From IMG/VR virus record IMGVR_UViG_3300025912_000012, positions 32,001-96,000 of that record: 64,000 nt of DNA; one strand, written 5' to 3'. A program made the translations under genes and the position numbers. The stretch is from a virus. Its lineage: Duplodnaviria; Caudoviricetes. This document shows, in pieces, positions 10,481 through 20,964 of the stretch. Every line of letters starts with the position of its first letter. Position 1 is the stretch's first letter. The notes below the pieces were generated by a model. It did not search any database and was not told where the DNA came from. It saw nothing but the letters and a program-made list of their open reading frames with translations.

Positions 10481-10517
10481 GAAAAAAAGAAACCCCCTGA
10501 TTTCTCAGAGGGTTTCT
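10481..10517 (-). terminator. intrinsic terminator after primase-helicase
   Basis: AGAAACCC/GGGTTTCT stem followed by a U-tract on the minus strand. Confidence 0.7.
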
Positions 10518-10525
10518 AGGCAAGA

Positions 10526-12334
10526 TTAGAATGGGGGATTGTTCGGATCGAACACGTGATCATCACGTGTTGTCACGTGTTCGTCACGTGATGATCTCAT
10601 GGGCAGGGACCACAGGGTTTCATGTCCGTGACCTACCTCGCACCGGTCCGCATACCCGTCATCAGCCAGCTTGTTCAGCTCCCGGGAGCGAGTCTCCCTT
10701 TTCAGGGGGATTCCCCCAGCCTCTACGATCTTGTCCACCAGTTCCTGGGAGGTCTGCGGGGTGCTAGTCAGCTGCTCGTACAGGGAACGCCTCGAAGGTG
10801 GCCATGAACGGTCGGCAATCCTGTCTCCTGGCTGCTCAGGATCGTCTCGGGTGAATGCAGGGTCGATCAGACCGCCCCCTGTGTGCACATCGACATTCCA
10901 GAACCGGTGCAGCCAGCCACGTCGATCCTTCGTGATGACAACCTTAAGGTTGCCCTCTTGCTCCCGGGTGAATGCAGTGACCATCGTGACCTTGAGCTGC
11001 ACGTCAAGGGCAGCCAGTTTGGCTCCGGAACCCCTGGCATACCTGCTGGCTTCTGATGCTTTAGTGTCGTGGTCAATAACGACTACAGCTGCCCCGACAT
11101 CCCTGGCAATAGGGGTGAGAACCCTGCTCCACCAGTTAGTCACCGCAGGAGCACTGTTCTCGTCCAGCCCAGCCCGAGCCAGGAAGGCAGCACTGCTATC
11201 CACGAGCATCATCGCCGGGGAAATATCCTTAGCAAAGCTAATGAGTTCCCCGATGTCCTCATCGTCCCAGGATCTCCCGGGGAACGGGACATAGGACATG
11301 TTTTCCAGCTCATCTACGCTGGAACCCAGGGCTTGCATCTTCTCAGTGACGATCTCAGCTCCGCCCTCCTCGTCCAGGAACAGGACGTTCTTGCCCTGGC
11401 GGAGTAGCTGTACTGCCCAGAACAAAGCCAGTGTCGTTTTCCCGCAGTCAGGAGCCCCGGCTATGGAATGCAGTCCCCCCTCGTAAATGAGTCCGTCACA
11501 GAGCAGTACGGGTGCGGCAACGCCGCGTTTCATTGTCTCTGCGAGGGAGACAACCCGATAGGGACGCACTCTTTTTCCTTCCGTGAACGGGATGAGCTGA
11601 TCGAGATTGTAGCCTGCGTCCAGATGATCGGAGATGTCATCCCCGTGTCCAGTTGTCCGGGACTGGAGGATGCGAATTTCCGGGACGATCCCTTTCAGGT
11701 GTGCCGCGATCCCCTTGGCGTGAGCTATGCCAGCCTCATCCCGGTCAGCCACGATGTTGACGCACCCGACGCCATGCAGAGCCTTCGAATACTCGGGACG
11801 CCACTTGGTTTTCCCGGTGCCAGCACCCTCAAAGTTGCAGGTAGCAGTGATCCCCAGGGAGGTCAGGCGATCTACATCTTTCTCCCCTTCGGTGATCCAG
11901 ACTGTCTCTCCTATTTTACCAGCTGCCAGCACAGCAGGGAGATTATACAGGACTTTTTCAGTGCCTTCCGCGATCCCGTTAACCCACCCGTTACCATTGG
12001 GATGCTTAATAGAGAATCTCTTGGGGACATAGCGGAGTTTCGCGAACAGAACCTCGCCATCCCCGGAGACATACTTGTAGTAATGTGGTTCGCTTACAGC
12101 GAGCGGCTCATCGAACATATCGTCCCACTTAAGGTCCAGCGCTGACATGATATCTTCAGTTTCGCACCCCAGATGGCAGCACAGGACTACCTTGCCGCTT
12201 TTGTAGTCAACGGAGAGGCTGGGTTTCACGTCCCCGTTGTAATGATTACCCGTAGGGCAGTTCCAGTTGCCACCGTGCCGCTGAGAGCTTCCGGCAGCAT
12301 GAAGCGCAGCAGTAACCTTGTCAAGCGCACTCAC
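10526..12334 (-). CDS. DNA primase-helicase (Zn finger, TOPRIM, RecA-like AAA_25 domain)
   Basis: CPxxxH..D..PSLS and CHLGC; ITEGEKD, ADRDEAG, DISD; Walker A GAPDCGKT; LVDS, IDH. Confidence 0.92.
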   Translation of the reverse strand: MSALDKVTAALHAAGSSQRHGGNWNCPTGNHYNGDVKPSLSVDYKSGKVVLCCHLGCETEDIMSALDLKWDDMFDEPLAVSEPHYYKYVSGDGEVLFAKLRYVPKRFSIKHPNGNGWVNGIAEGTEKVLYNLPAVLAAGKIGETVWITEGEKDVDRLTSLGITATCNFEGAGTGKTKWRPEYSKALHGVGCVNIVADRDEAGIAHAKGIAAHLKGIVPEIRILQSRTTGHGDDISDHLDAGYNLDQLIPFTEGKRVRPYRVVSLAETMKRGVAAPVLLCDGLIYEGGLHSIAGAPDCGKTTLALFWAVQLLRQGKNVLFLDEEGGAEIVTEKMQALGSSVDELENMSYVPFPGRSWDDEDIGELISFAKDISPAMMLVDSSAAFLARAGLDENSAPAVTNWWSRVLTPIARDVGAAVVVIDHDTKASEASRYARGSGAKLAALDVQLKVTMVTAFTREQEGNLKVVITKDRRGWLHRFWNVDVHTGGGLIDPAFTRDDPEQPGDRIADRSWPPSRRSLYEQLTSTPQTSQELVDKIVEAGGIPLKRETRSRELNKLADDGYADRCEVGHGHETLWSLPMRSSRDEHVTTRDDHVFDPNNPPF

Positions 12335-12575
12335 ACATCACCGTTACCTTTTAAGCAGCGCGTTATGGCACGTGCAGAAGCAGGTGATACCCCAGGTGCA
12401 CTTCTTATGCCTGCGGGCGATGCATGCTGCTGACCTGAACCTCTGTATCATGTCTTTTCCTCAGCATCCGAAATGGCATTTGTAGTTGTGTCTCCAGCAG
12501 TGAACCCTGACTGTTCCCCTTCTAGGGGTGCAGTCACTGCATACGCAGGCGCATTGCTTAGGGGTGCATGTCTGG

Positions 12576-12923
12576 CTAGTCATCTTCAATCAGCTCCAGG
12601 ATCAGCTGCCCGTATTTAACACGCGGGAGATTATCACCGCGCTGAAGAGTAAAACTCGTGACGAACTTGTCATTGTCGTCGTGGATAACCCCTGCATCGA
12701 CCAGCCCGTCAAGGATTGCCTTGAAGCTGGGATACAGGTTGGCTGTGTCTCTTATCCGGTTGTCAGGGGCGCGGAAAATACACACCACCTGAACCTTCCC
12801 GAACGTCATAGGGTGTTTCCCGACAGTCCGGAAAGCCTCTGACCTCAGTCGTTCAGTTTTCTTAGCCCGCTGCTTGTAGTGGATGCGGTCGTTGGCGTTG
12901 AGCAGCTCCAGCCCCGGGGGCAT
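12576..12923 (-). CDS. RusA-like Holliday junction resolvase
   Basis: RDTANL..SFKAILDGL.DAGVIHDD. Confidence 0.85.
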   Translation of the reverse strand: MPPGLELLNANDRIHYKQRAKKTERLRSEAFRTVGKHPMTFGKVQVVCIFRAPDNRIRDTANLYPSFKAILDGLVDAGVIHDDNDKFVTSFTLQRGDNLPRVKYGQLILELIEDD

Positions 12924-13369
12924 TTCGACACGGAGAATCCTCTGCTCGACACAACCACCTACTCACTTGCTCCAGGGAATTTCACTGGCTCTGGCGGGTC
13001 AACCACGTCTATCTGATCATACATGTACCGTGACATGTAGATCCTGTTGTCCTTGATGTCCGCGATCACCTGGTATAGCACACCAGGGGAAACGCTCACG
13101 TACTGATCTTTTGCCGTGATAGGGGAACGGGTAGCGCAGTTTTCCACGGGCACGAGGACCAGTTTGTATTCGTTTTTCACATCTCGTCCAGGATTCTCAT
13201 GACCTTCTCCTTGAACCTGATAGCAGCATCCTCGTGATCGAACTCCCCGGTAACCTCCACCATGTACGGGGGGAAGCTTTCTTCCATCCGCTCCCCGGAA
13301 AAGTAATACAGGGGATTCCAGTTCCGGGATATGTTGACACTCCACTTGATCAGGTGGGTTGTCTTGTCA

Positions 13370-13675
13370 TCAGAAGTCATATTTTCCTTTCCTCGGGATT
13401 TCCCCTGGCTCATCCCAGCTGTGCACAAGCCAGCCATCGGTGTAAGATTGCGCGGGGTTGGCGTGTACATGACTGTGACACTCCCGGCACAAAGCCACAA
13501 GGTTCGCAAGCCCGAAAGCAATTTCCTCATCGCTTGTCCCGCCCATGCCTTTCACTTTGCGGTGATGAACGTCAGTCGCAGGGCGAGAGCACCGCTGGCA
13601 GGTCTCCTCGTCACGTTCCAGAGCCCCCCTGCGTGCCTTATCCCAGGTTAGTTTGCCAGTGTCCTGATACGCCAC
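13370..13675 (-). CDS. HNH endonuclease
   Basis: CQRC...DVHHRK...NLVALCRECHSHVH. Confidence 0.88.
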   Translation of the reverse strand: MAYQDTGKLTWDKARRGALERDEETCQRCSRPATDVHHRKVKGMGGTSDEEIAFGLANLVALCRECHSHVHANPAQSYTDGWLVHSWDEPGEIPRKGKYDF

Positions 13676-14261
13676 ACGATAGCCGCCGCTATGTCCCGCT
13701 GATCCTGGTCAAAGCCAGGGTGATCGTTGATCTCCTCAAGCCAGGTGTCCAGCTCACCTTCCCCGACAATACGTCCATCCGGGAAGGTGAGGATGTATTC
13801 CCCCGCATTAATCACATGACTCCCTGTCTGAGAAAGTACCGCACCATATGCACCCGGGAGAATTACATATCCCGTGTACGTACTTGCCTTCCGCCAGCTC
13901 CTCCCATTCAAGGGGAGGGTTCACCTTGTTATAGTGGTCCCACTTGACCCGCTCTATCAGCTCCAGCGGGGTTGTCGTCGCGCTCATCAGGCGCTCCCCG
14001 CAGGAACAGGTCACCTCCAGCAGCACGTCTGCGGTGACCGTGATCTCATGGCTCATACGCTCTCCTGGTGCGCTCGTACAGCGTGGCTGATGTCAGACAG
14101 GGGGAGGAACCCCAGGTCATCCCCGGGAGCCTCCATGATGATCACCCCACATTCGCACACGACCTGGACACCTGCAAGTACCTCCCCGTCCTCAGGTCGG
14201 AAGCACGTCTCCCTGGGGTCAGGATCATGCGCGTACGCTGCGACGATGGCTTCGTGGGACA

Positions 14262-14498
14262 TCAGTCTCCCCCCATGACCGACATCCCGGGCAACGCTAC
14301 GTCCAGCCCTGCCTGAAGGTGCTCCGGATCTATCATCGACTCCGCGTGCGGCTCCCCGAGGGCGTCAGTGATATATGTAGCCAGCTCAGGGGTGGCATGC
14401 CACATTTTCGCGGAACACGTATAGTCCGTGTTGAACGTGACAATCTGCACCATGGTCACGGGAAGCACCTCCGGGGGGAACTGCTCCTTATAGTCCAT
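14262..14498 (-). CDS. hypothetical protein
   Basis: ORF in operon. Confidence 0.55.
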   Translation of the reverse strand: MDYKEQFPPEVLPVTMVQIVTFNTDYTCSAKMWHATPELATYITDALGEPHAESMIDPEHLQAGLDVALPGMSVMGGD

Positions 14499-14904
14499 TT
14501 ATTTTCTCCAGGTCTGTCAGGGTCTGCTCCCAGCTTTCGAACCGGATGGCACGGTCATCGATGTAGGCAGAAGCCGAGAGCTTATGGTTGGTAACCAGGA
14601 GGATTCCCGCAGTCTGCCAGAACACCCCGTTCCAGTCAGCCCCCGTGTCCTGCTGATCCCAGGTGTCGTACGGGGAATCGTCCGTGGTTACCTCGAACCC
14701 TCGTTCCTTCAGCCATTTCGCGACCTGCCCGGTGTGACGGGAGGTAAAAATGAACACGTTGTAGTCTTCCATCAGCTTACGGAGAGCCTCCAGAGCCCCG
14801 GGCGTAGGTGTCCCGTAGATGCTCCCGTCCTGCCACCCGTTCTCGTAGCTGTGGATAACCCCGTCAAAGTCAACCGCTACTGTCTTGCGGAAAATGTCAG
14901 CCAT
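14488..14904 (-). CDS. HAD-family phosphatase / nucleotidase
   Basis: VDFDGVIHSY, FTSR, K..A.AYIDDRA. Confidence 0.85.
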   Translation of the reverse strand: MADIFRKTVAVDFDGVIHSYENGWQDGSIYGTPTPGALEALRKLMEDYNVFIFTSRHTGQVAKWLKERGFEVTTDDSPYDTWDQQDTGADWNGVFWQTAGILLVTNHKLSASAYIDDRAIRFESWEQTLTDLEKINGL

Positions 14905-16914
14905 TTACCGTGGCACCTCACATACATCCGTCGTGCAGTACATTTCACCTTCTGCTTCTGGCAGTTTGTCGCTGTCATAGAGGGAATCCCAGTCGATGGG
15001 ACGGATTCGGCTGCGCATATCCTCCCATATCTCACGGGAAACACGCTGGTAGGGAGCCTGGGCGTAGGTTCCTTCCGCCATCGGGAGGAACGACACAGTC
15101 TTCAGCTGCCCGTCGAACGCACGCAGGACAGCAGGGATTTCTTTCGCCTCATCCTCGCTGAACGTGACTGTAACACTGACAGCGTTGTCTGACCAGTACC
15201 GCTGAGCCTGGGCAGCCAGGGAGGTCTTCTCCCAGACAGACACGTCACGCTCAGCCCGCACGTCCGGGGCTTCCACGGGCATGGAGATGACCACCGTAGT
15301 GTCAGGGTCTGCTACAGACGGCTCCACGGGGTACCCTGCGTCCCGCATAGCCTTCACGAACGGGGAGTACCTGACATCCCTTACCGTCCGGACGTAGTAC
15401 CCTGCCTCTTTCGGGAAGTGAACCCCGGGGGTGACTCCGAATAGCAGGGAGACAGTTCCACTGGGCTTTACTGTCGTGACCCGGATGGACTCGCGGATGC
15501 CCAGCCATTCTGAATACACCTTGTCCCACCTGCGGATCTCTGCGTATCCCCTGTCCTGCCAGCGCTTCAGCTCACTCCAGCCATGCTGTTCCGCGAACAT
15601 GGCAACCCCGGTCATAGAGGTCCCGATCCTGCGGTTCCTTGCCATGACGGAATTAGTCTCCGCCCATTGAGTGGGGAGAAGGGTGACGCTCTTTGCGTAC
15701 AGGTAAGCGAACTTAAGGGTACGCAGGTAATCACCCAAGTCCGTGCAGTTCGTGGGGAATGTTTCCACGAGGGTGCACAGCTCATTGTCTTCCAGTGGCT
15801 GCTCACCGCACGGGTTGAGCCCCATGGTGCGGTATTCTTTCCCGTCCGCAGGGTCACTGAGTCTCCCGTAGTTCTGCACCACGTCTTTCCAGAAGATCCC
15901 CGGCTCCCCATTCAGTGCGATCCTCTTAGCCAGGTGGGAGTAATCCCCCCCGGTTTCCGCGATGACAGAATTGTTGGACAGGTGACCCCACCCGTCAGCA
16001 CCCATTCTCTCCGGGTTGATGTTCCAGTCTTTCAGGTCCAGGAAATCCTCGTCGTCTGCCCTTCCCAGTGCGATCTGAGCTGACCTTCTGACGCTCGCGG
16101 AAACGACACACTTCCCGGTCATGTTCATGATGTCCGCGATGTCCGTTGACGTGAGAGTTTCCCCCTCGCGACCAGACAGGAGCTTTGTCACCTGGTTGTG
16201 CAGCTTTTCCAGCGGGTCAGGACCGCTCGCGATCCCCCCGAAGGTTTTAATGGGAGCCCCGGCAGGACGGACCCGGGAGTAGTCGAACACAGGGAGTCTC
16301 CCCCCGGTGAAGAATGCACGCAGCAGGGTGGCGAGAGATTCGCACCATCCTTCACGGGAATCCCCGACAGAATGAGGGAATCTTCCTTGCGGAGTATGCA
16401 GGGTAACCTTCCCTGCTCCCTCAGTGTCGAACCCGACCCCGACCCCGAGCATGGACATGGACATCATGCGGGTGAACGGGAGGGAGGAATCGGGCATGTC
16501 CGCGAGGGCAGCGGTGGAAATGAACCCGCAATTCTGGAGTGCAGACGAATCCTTGCGCCCGTTGACAAGTTCCGTACCCATAATCCAGAGCCCTCTCCCG
16601 GGGGGACTCCACTTGCCCGCGAAACACCGCTCGTACGCCTCCTGAGCGCTCGCGTGAGCCTGCTCATCACTCCAGGGGAGACGGTTCGCCAGAGCATGGT
16701 CACGCTGGATTGAATACATGCCGTTGATGACACGCTCCAGTCCCTCATAGAACCTCTCGCGTGTCCCGTCAGGCTTCTTCCTCGCGTACTTGGTAATCCA
16801 GCTGTGCTCCCCGAGAGAATTACCTTCTCCCATAGGGAAACCCCAGCGCGGGGAACGATCACGGTACTGATCTACGAATTCACCGCGAAGATGAAACGAA
16901 AGGAAGTCACTCAT
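14905..16914 (-). CDS. nrdJ: class II (adenosylcobalamin-dependent) ribonucleoside-triphosphate reductase
   Basis: PPGRGLW, LQNC, RRSAQI, NPCGEQ, TTVKPSGTVS, C-terminal CTTDVC. Confidence 0.95.
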   Translation of the reverse strand: MSDFLSFHLRGEFVDQYRDRSPRWGFPMGEGNSLGEHSWITKYARKKPDGTRERFYEGLERVINGMYSIQRDHALANRLPWSDEQAHASAQEAYERCFAGKWSPPGRGLWIMGTELVNGRKDSSALQNCGFISTAALADMPDSSLPFTRMMSMSMLGVGVGFDTEGAGKVTLHTPQGRFPHSVGDSREGWCESLATLLRAFFTGGRLPVFDYSRVRPAGAPIKTFGGIASGPDPLEKLHNQVTKLLSGREGETLTSTDIADIMNMTGKCVVSASVRRSAQIALGRADDEDFLDLKDWNINPERMGADGWGHLSNNSVIAETGGDYSHLAKRIALNGEPGIFWKDVVQNYGRLSDPADGKEYRTMGLNPCGEQPLEDNELCTLVETFPTNCTDLGDYLRTLKFAYLYAKSVTLLPTQWAETNSVMARNRRIGTSMTGVAMFAEQHGWSELKRWQDRGYAEIRRWDKVYSEWLGIRESIRVTTVKPSGTVSLLFGVTPGVHFPKEAGYYVRTVRDVRYSPFVKAMRDAGYPVEPSVADPDTTVVISMPVEAPDVRAERDVSVWEKTSLAAQAQRYWSDNAVSVTVTFSEDEAKEIPAVLRAFDGQLKTVSFLPMAEGTYAQAPYQRVSREIWEDMRSRIRPIDWDSLYDSDKLPEAEGEMYCTTDVCEVPR

Positions 16915-17306
16915 ACTTCTCCTATACCTGACAGTGACAGCAGCGCTTTCTCCCTGGAAAGCAATGATCTTCCTATCTCTACTCTCTTATGCAAAGCCTG
17001 GAGGTTCGCGTTCTGCGTACGCACCCTGCCTTTAGCCTTACCCCATTCGAGATACGCTTCTCTTGCATCTACCTGATAAGACAGCGTGCTCTGCCTGGAC
17101 TGCGCTTTCCTTACCTCCACGCTCCCCTCAAAGTCAAGGAATGCTTTATCCTGAGCCCATTCCAGCGAGGTTTCAGCGCTTCTGTATTCACCTTCCGCGT
17201 CAACAGCGGCTTCCTCAAGTTCCCCCAGGAGTTTCACCTCAGCCTGCAGATCCCTCCCCAGCTGAGCTAGTTGCTGAGCCAGTACTTCTGCATCGTAACT
17301 GCTCAC
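16911..17306 (-). CDS. hypothetical coiled-coil protein
   Basis: overlap-coupled ORF. Confidence 0.65.
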   Translation of the reverse strand: MSSYDAEVLAQQLAQLGRDLQAEVKLLGELEEAAVDAEGEYRSAETSLEWAQDKAFLDFEGSVEVRKAQSRQSTLSYQVDAREAYLEWGKAKGRVRTQNANLQALHKRVEIGRSLLSREKALLSLSGIGEV

Positions 17307-18037
17307 GCTGCCAGCACCCCGTCTCTTATCTCAGTTGACCACCTGTGCAGTTCTTTCGCTGCGAGGAATGCCCTGAAATTATCCTCGGAATGATTCACGG
17401 GAACGAATTTCCAGGAGCGGGGTCGGATATGCACTGCCGCAATCCCGTCAATAGCAGGGACAGAGAGTTCTTCACCCTCGGGGGTGATGATAAATTCTCC
17501 GTGGGCAAGAGCAGACAACTGCAATCCCACTTCATCGTGGAGATTTTTCCCCGTCTTGTAATCTATCAGCCACGTTTTCCCCGCGATAATGCAGATAGCA
17601 TCAGCCGTGCCCGCGTAGTCGTGGGTGCGGTTCCACAATGTAACCTCAGTGCGGACAAATTCGGGGCGCTTTTCCAGCAGGAATTTAACGAAACTCCCCA
17701 TGTAAGGATTAACTTCCGGGGGATTCCTGTGCGGAGTTCCTTTGCACCAGTTGTCTATGGCTGAGTGAACCGCAGTCCCGAGGACAGCAGAGGCATCTCG
17801 CTCTCTCTCGTGCGCGTTCTTTATCTGCCGCACTTTCACCCCGGGATTCCAGGTGGACATCTCCCCCCAGTGGTCAACCGCATACTCAGCTGCGATCCGT
17901 GCAGCCCAGCCTGTCAGCAGGGGCTTGTTCACCTGGTTGATGATCGTAGTGACAGAAGGAACCAGCTCGCCTGTAACCGGGTGGCAGTAGGCACGGGAAC
18001 CATCGGGCTGGTCCTGACTGAGTACGGGGTTTGTCAC
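17303..18037 (-). CDS. PD-(D/E)XK exonuclease (RecE/Cas4-like)
   Basis: PSVTTI, GTAVH, YAGTAD, IDYKTG, QLSA. Confidence 0.88.
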   Translation of the reverse strand: MTNPVLSQDQPDGSRAYCHPVTGELVPSVTTIINQVNKPLLTGWAARIAAEYAVDHWGEMSTWNPGVKVRQIKNAHERERDASAVLGTAVHSAIDNWCKGTPHRNPPEVNPYMGSFVKFLLEKRPEFVRTEVTLWNRTHDYAGTADAICIIAGKTWLIDYKTGKNLHDEVGLQLSALAHGEFIITPEGEELSVPAIDGIAAVHIRPRSWKFVPVNHSEDNFRAFLAAKELHRWSTEIRDGVLAA

Positions 18038-18305
18038 ATAGTTCTCCTGCCGCAGATAATGCAGCTGGGAACGATCCCGCGCCAGCGGTCTTCCAGTGCT
18101 TTATCGATGACCTCCTGGGTGAAGATGTCCTCGATCGTCCTGGTGTCTTTGTCATTCATCCGGGTCTCCGTATTCGAATTCGCCGTGGTCAACATACGGG
18201 GCGCAGTCCTCGCACCAGTGATCTTCCATCCCAGGGAGAGTGTCCTGGATCCATTGCTCTTTCTCCAGGAACGGGGTGACGCGCTTGCGTGCCTCCTCCA
18301 GGGGG

Positions 18306-18635
18306 TCAGCGTCTTTCATTTCTCCCCGCATTCTCCCAGGTCAGAGCAGGATTCGGATGCCATTCCAGGTGATTGTGAAAGAAACCTGCGTGACTCGTCT
18401 TGATGCTGTGCTCATGCTCCGCAGCCCCCTCCTCGTCCAGGAGATTGAGCAGCTCGTGGATAACATCGATCAGGTCGTACAGCTCCTCAGGATCACGGTT
18501 CTCCGCGAACTCTCCGTACTCTTCCCCGAGTTTCTTCGTGAGAGCTGACACAGGGTCAGGGGAAATCCTCCACTGCCCGCTGATGTGACCTTCCAGTTTC
18601 TCCTGCTGACGATCACGGACTATCTTCCATCCCAT
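18306..18635 (-). CDS. MazG-like nucleoside triphosphate pyrophosphohydrolase
   Basis: KIVRD...KKLGEEYGEF...EELYDLIDVI. Confidence 0.75.
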   Translation of the reverse strand: MGWKIVRDRQQEKLEGHISGQWRISPDPVSALTKKLGEEYGEFAENRDPEELYDLIDVIHELLNLLDEEGAAEHEHSIKTSHAGFFHNHLEWHPNPALTWENAGRNERR

Positions 18636-19477
18636 TACTCAGCACCTGCACTTTCCCCAGGTACATCTCCAGGATTGCTATCGCTTTTCGGGAGCACCAG
18701 TTCGTCGTTCCTCCGGTAGAGGTAATCCTGGACGGTGATCTTCTCCCCTGTCGCAGGCATGAGGATTTCGCTGGGAAGATGACCGGAGGTTCCCGCGATC
18801 ATCCACGCCTCCCGCAACTGCTCAACGGTGGTAGCTTCCGCTATCTTCGTGATCAGCTGCTCCAGTGTCAGGATCTCTTGTGCGGGAGCCTGCACGCGCC
18901 TGCGTGTCCTTGAAGGAAAAACCTTTGGGATCGTCTCTGCGTCCTCTGACTCGGGAGCCTCGGGTGCTATCACCGGGACATCATCAGTATCCGCAGCGGT
19001 GCTCTCAGGACGCACCAGGGTCCACCTGACGATCGCGTCCTGACTCCCCTTGTTATAAAGGGACAGCCCGAACTGGTCACCCAGGTTGATGGCGCATCTT
19101 CTCAGTGCATATGTCTGGGAGTTTGTCAGGGCATTCCCGTGGGCTTCCCCTCGGACAGGATGGGTTGACTCCCCGACGTGAGCCCCGTCGTAAAAGCACA
19201 CCGGCTCCCCGTCAGGAGCGGAAATGGTAAGCCTCACCCGGGTGCGGTACACGACATACCAGGCTTTCTTGCCCTGGCTTGTCTGTGTCTCGTTCTCGCA
19301 GACCAGCTGCTGGTCAAGAGTCTCCTCGTTCCAGCGCCCGAACCCGAACACCCTGGTCAGCTCAGCGCGTACGTCGTAACCTTCAACGTAGGAGAGTCCC
19401 CGTGTGACCGCTACCCGATTCGGGTGGATTGGCTTGAGCAGGAGATTAATCTGATCCTCGGTGAAGTATCCCATCAT
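18635..19477 (-). CDS. Rad52/Rad22-family single-strand annealing protein
   Basis: LSYVEGYDV..ELTRVFGFGRW, ALRRCAINLG.QFGLSLY. Confidence 0.9.
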   Translation of the reverse strand: MMGYFTEDQINLLLKPIHPNRVAVTRGLSYVEGYDVRAELTRVFGFGRWNEETLDQQLVCENETQTSQGKKAWYVVYRTRVRLTISAPDGEPVCFYDGAHVGESTHPVRGEAHGNALTNSQTYALRRCAINLGDQFGLSLYNKGSQDAIVRWTLVRPESTAADTDDVPVIAPEAPESEDAETIPKVFPSRTRRRVQAPAQEILTLEQLITKIAEATTVEQLREAWMIAGTSGHLPSEILMPATGEKITVQDYLYRRNDELVLPKSDSNPGDVPGESAGAE

Positions 19478-19676
19478 TCCTCCGTGTTTCCGGGAACGAA
19501 AAAACCGCTCTCAGGCATGGCGAAGCCTCCGTAAAGAATAAGCTGAGGTCGCTCACGGGAGAGCGGCGATATACTCCAAGGATACGGGATCCAGCCCCGC
19601 CAGTCCAGTACCAGGACCCCTCGTGGCGGTAGCGAGGTCGCCCCAGGTCACGCTATGATCCTCCCCTGGAGGTTCG

Positions 19677-20819
19677 ATGAGATCGCAGGTTCTGCACGGA
19701 GACTCTCGCATGATCCTCAGGGAATACCCTGATAATTTTTTTGATTCCTGCTGCACAGACGCACCCTATGAACTAGGGTTCATGGGGAAACGGTGGGATT
19801 CCACGGGGATTGCTTACGATACGGAACTATGGGAGCAGGTTTTCCGTGTCCTCAAGCCTGGCGCTCACCTGGCAGCGTTCGGGGGGACACGCACCTATCA
19901 CCGCATGACGTGTGCCATCGAGGATGCTGGCTTTGAAATCCGTGACAGTCTCCACTGGATTTACGGGTCAGGGTTTCCTAAATCCCTGGACATTTCTAAG
20001 GCAATTGACAAGACAACCGGTGCTGAGCGCGAGGTCATCGCGAGACCGAAGACAGCGGTCGGGGTGTTCGCGCACTCCGGGAAGGGGGCGCCGCAGGACA
20101 TCGCCAAGTATGCGGACGCGTACGCGATCACAGCGCCCGCGACGCAGGAGGCGGTACGGTGGGACGGATGGGGCACTGCGCTCAAGCCCTCCCATGAACC
20201 GATCGTGCTGGCACGTAAGCCATTCCCCGGGAGCGTTGCCCCAAACGTCCTCAGCTGGGGAACCGGGGGGATTAATATCAACGCCTCCCGGGTCGCGCAC
20301 CTAGACGGAAAGAATCCCTCAGCGGCGCGACGGGCTGGCAAGGCTCCGGGTCGCGAGATCGGCTCATGGGCGAATGACCGGCGTACCCCGGAGACGTTCG
20401 CAGCGGAACACCCCGGCGAGGATTCTGGCAGATGGCCTCCGAACATCCTGCTCACCCACTCTGCGGACTGCGACGATCACGCCTGCGCTTCTGGCTGTCC
20501 CGTGCTGGAGCTGAACACTCAGAGCGAGGCGTCCCGGTTCTTCCCCTGCTTCAAGTACCAGGCTAAAGCCGCCTCGAAGGAACGACCATGCGGGGAGGTA
20601 GTTCACTCGACAGTCAAGCCTCTGGAGCTGATGCGCTGGCTGGTGCGGCTGATCACCCCGCTCGAAGGGGTGGTGCTCGACCCGTTCGCGGGGAGCGGTA
20701 CGACAGGGGAAGCCTGCGTTCAGGAAGGGATGAGCTACGTGCTCATCGAGAAGGAGGCTGATTACATTCAGCTGATCCACGACAGGCTGAGCCAGCCGTC
20801 CCTGTTCGAGGAGCTATAG
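19677..20819 (+). CDS. N6A/N4C DNA methyltransferase, beta class
   Basis: TDAPY motif IV first; HSTVKP and VLDPFAGSGTT motif I near the C-terminus. Confidence 0.93.
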   Translation: MRSQVLHGDSRMILREYPDNFFDSCCTDAPYELGFMGKRWDSTGIAYDTELWEQVFRVLKPGAHLAAFGGTRTYHRMTCAIEDAGFEIRDSLHWIYGSGFPKSLDISKAIDKTTGAEREVIARPKTAVGVFAHSGKGAPQDIAKYADAYAITAPATQEAVRWDGWGTALKPSHEPIVLARKPFPGSVAPNVLSWGTGGININASRVAHLDGKNPSAARRAGKAPGREIGSWANDRRTPETFAAEHPGEDSGRWPPNILLTHSADCDDHACASGCPVLELNTQSEASRFFPCFKYQAKAASKERPCGEVVHSTVKPLELMRWLVRLITPLEGVVLDPFAGSGTTGEACVQEGMSYVLIEKEADYIQLIHDRLSQPSLFEEL

Positions 20820-20964
20820 GCAAGCAGAAAGGCTGCCCTGATTGCTCAAGGCAGCCCTCTGCGGTGATCAGATGCGGACGAGGTACCGGTCCCTGACGGG
20901 GAAATTCCCCAGCCAGAATCCGAGCAACCCCGGGGCGTATTCCGGGATTCCGTCTCGGAAGACG

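Noticed and set aside
14905-16914. Intein or intron in nrdJ
   Set aside because: Length and motif spacing look uninterrupted
17303-18037. Cas4 as part of a CRISPR system
   Set aside because: No array or other cas genes seen; the context is exonuclease plus annealing-protein recombination
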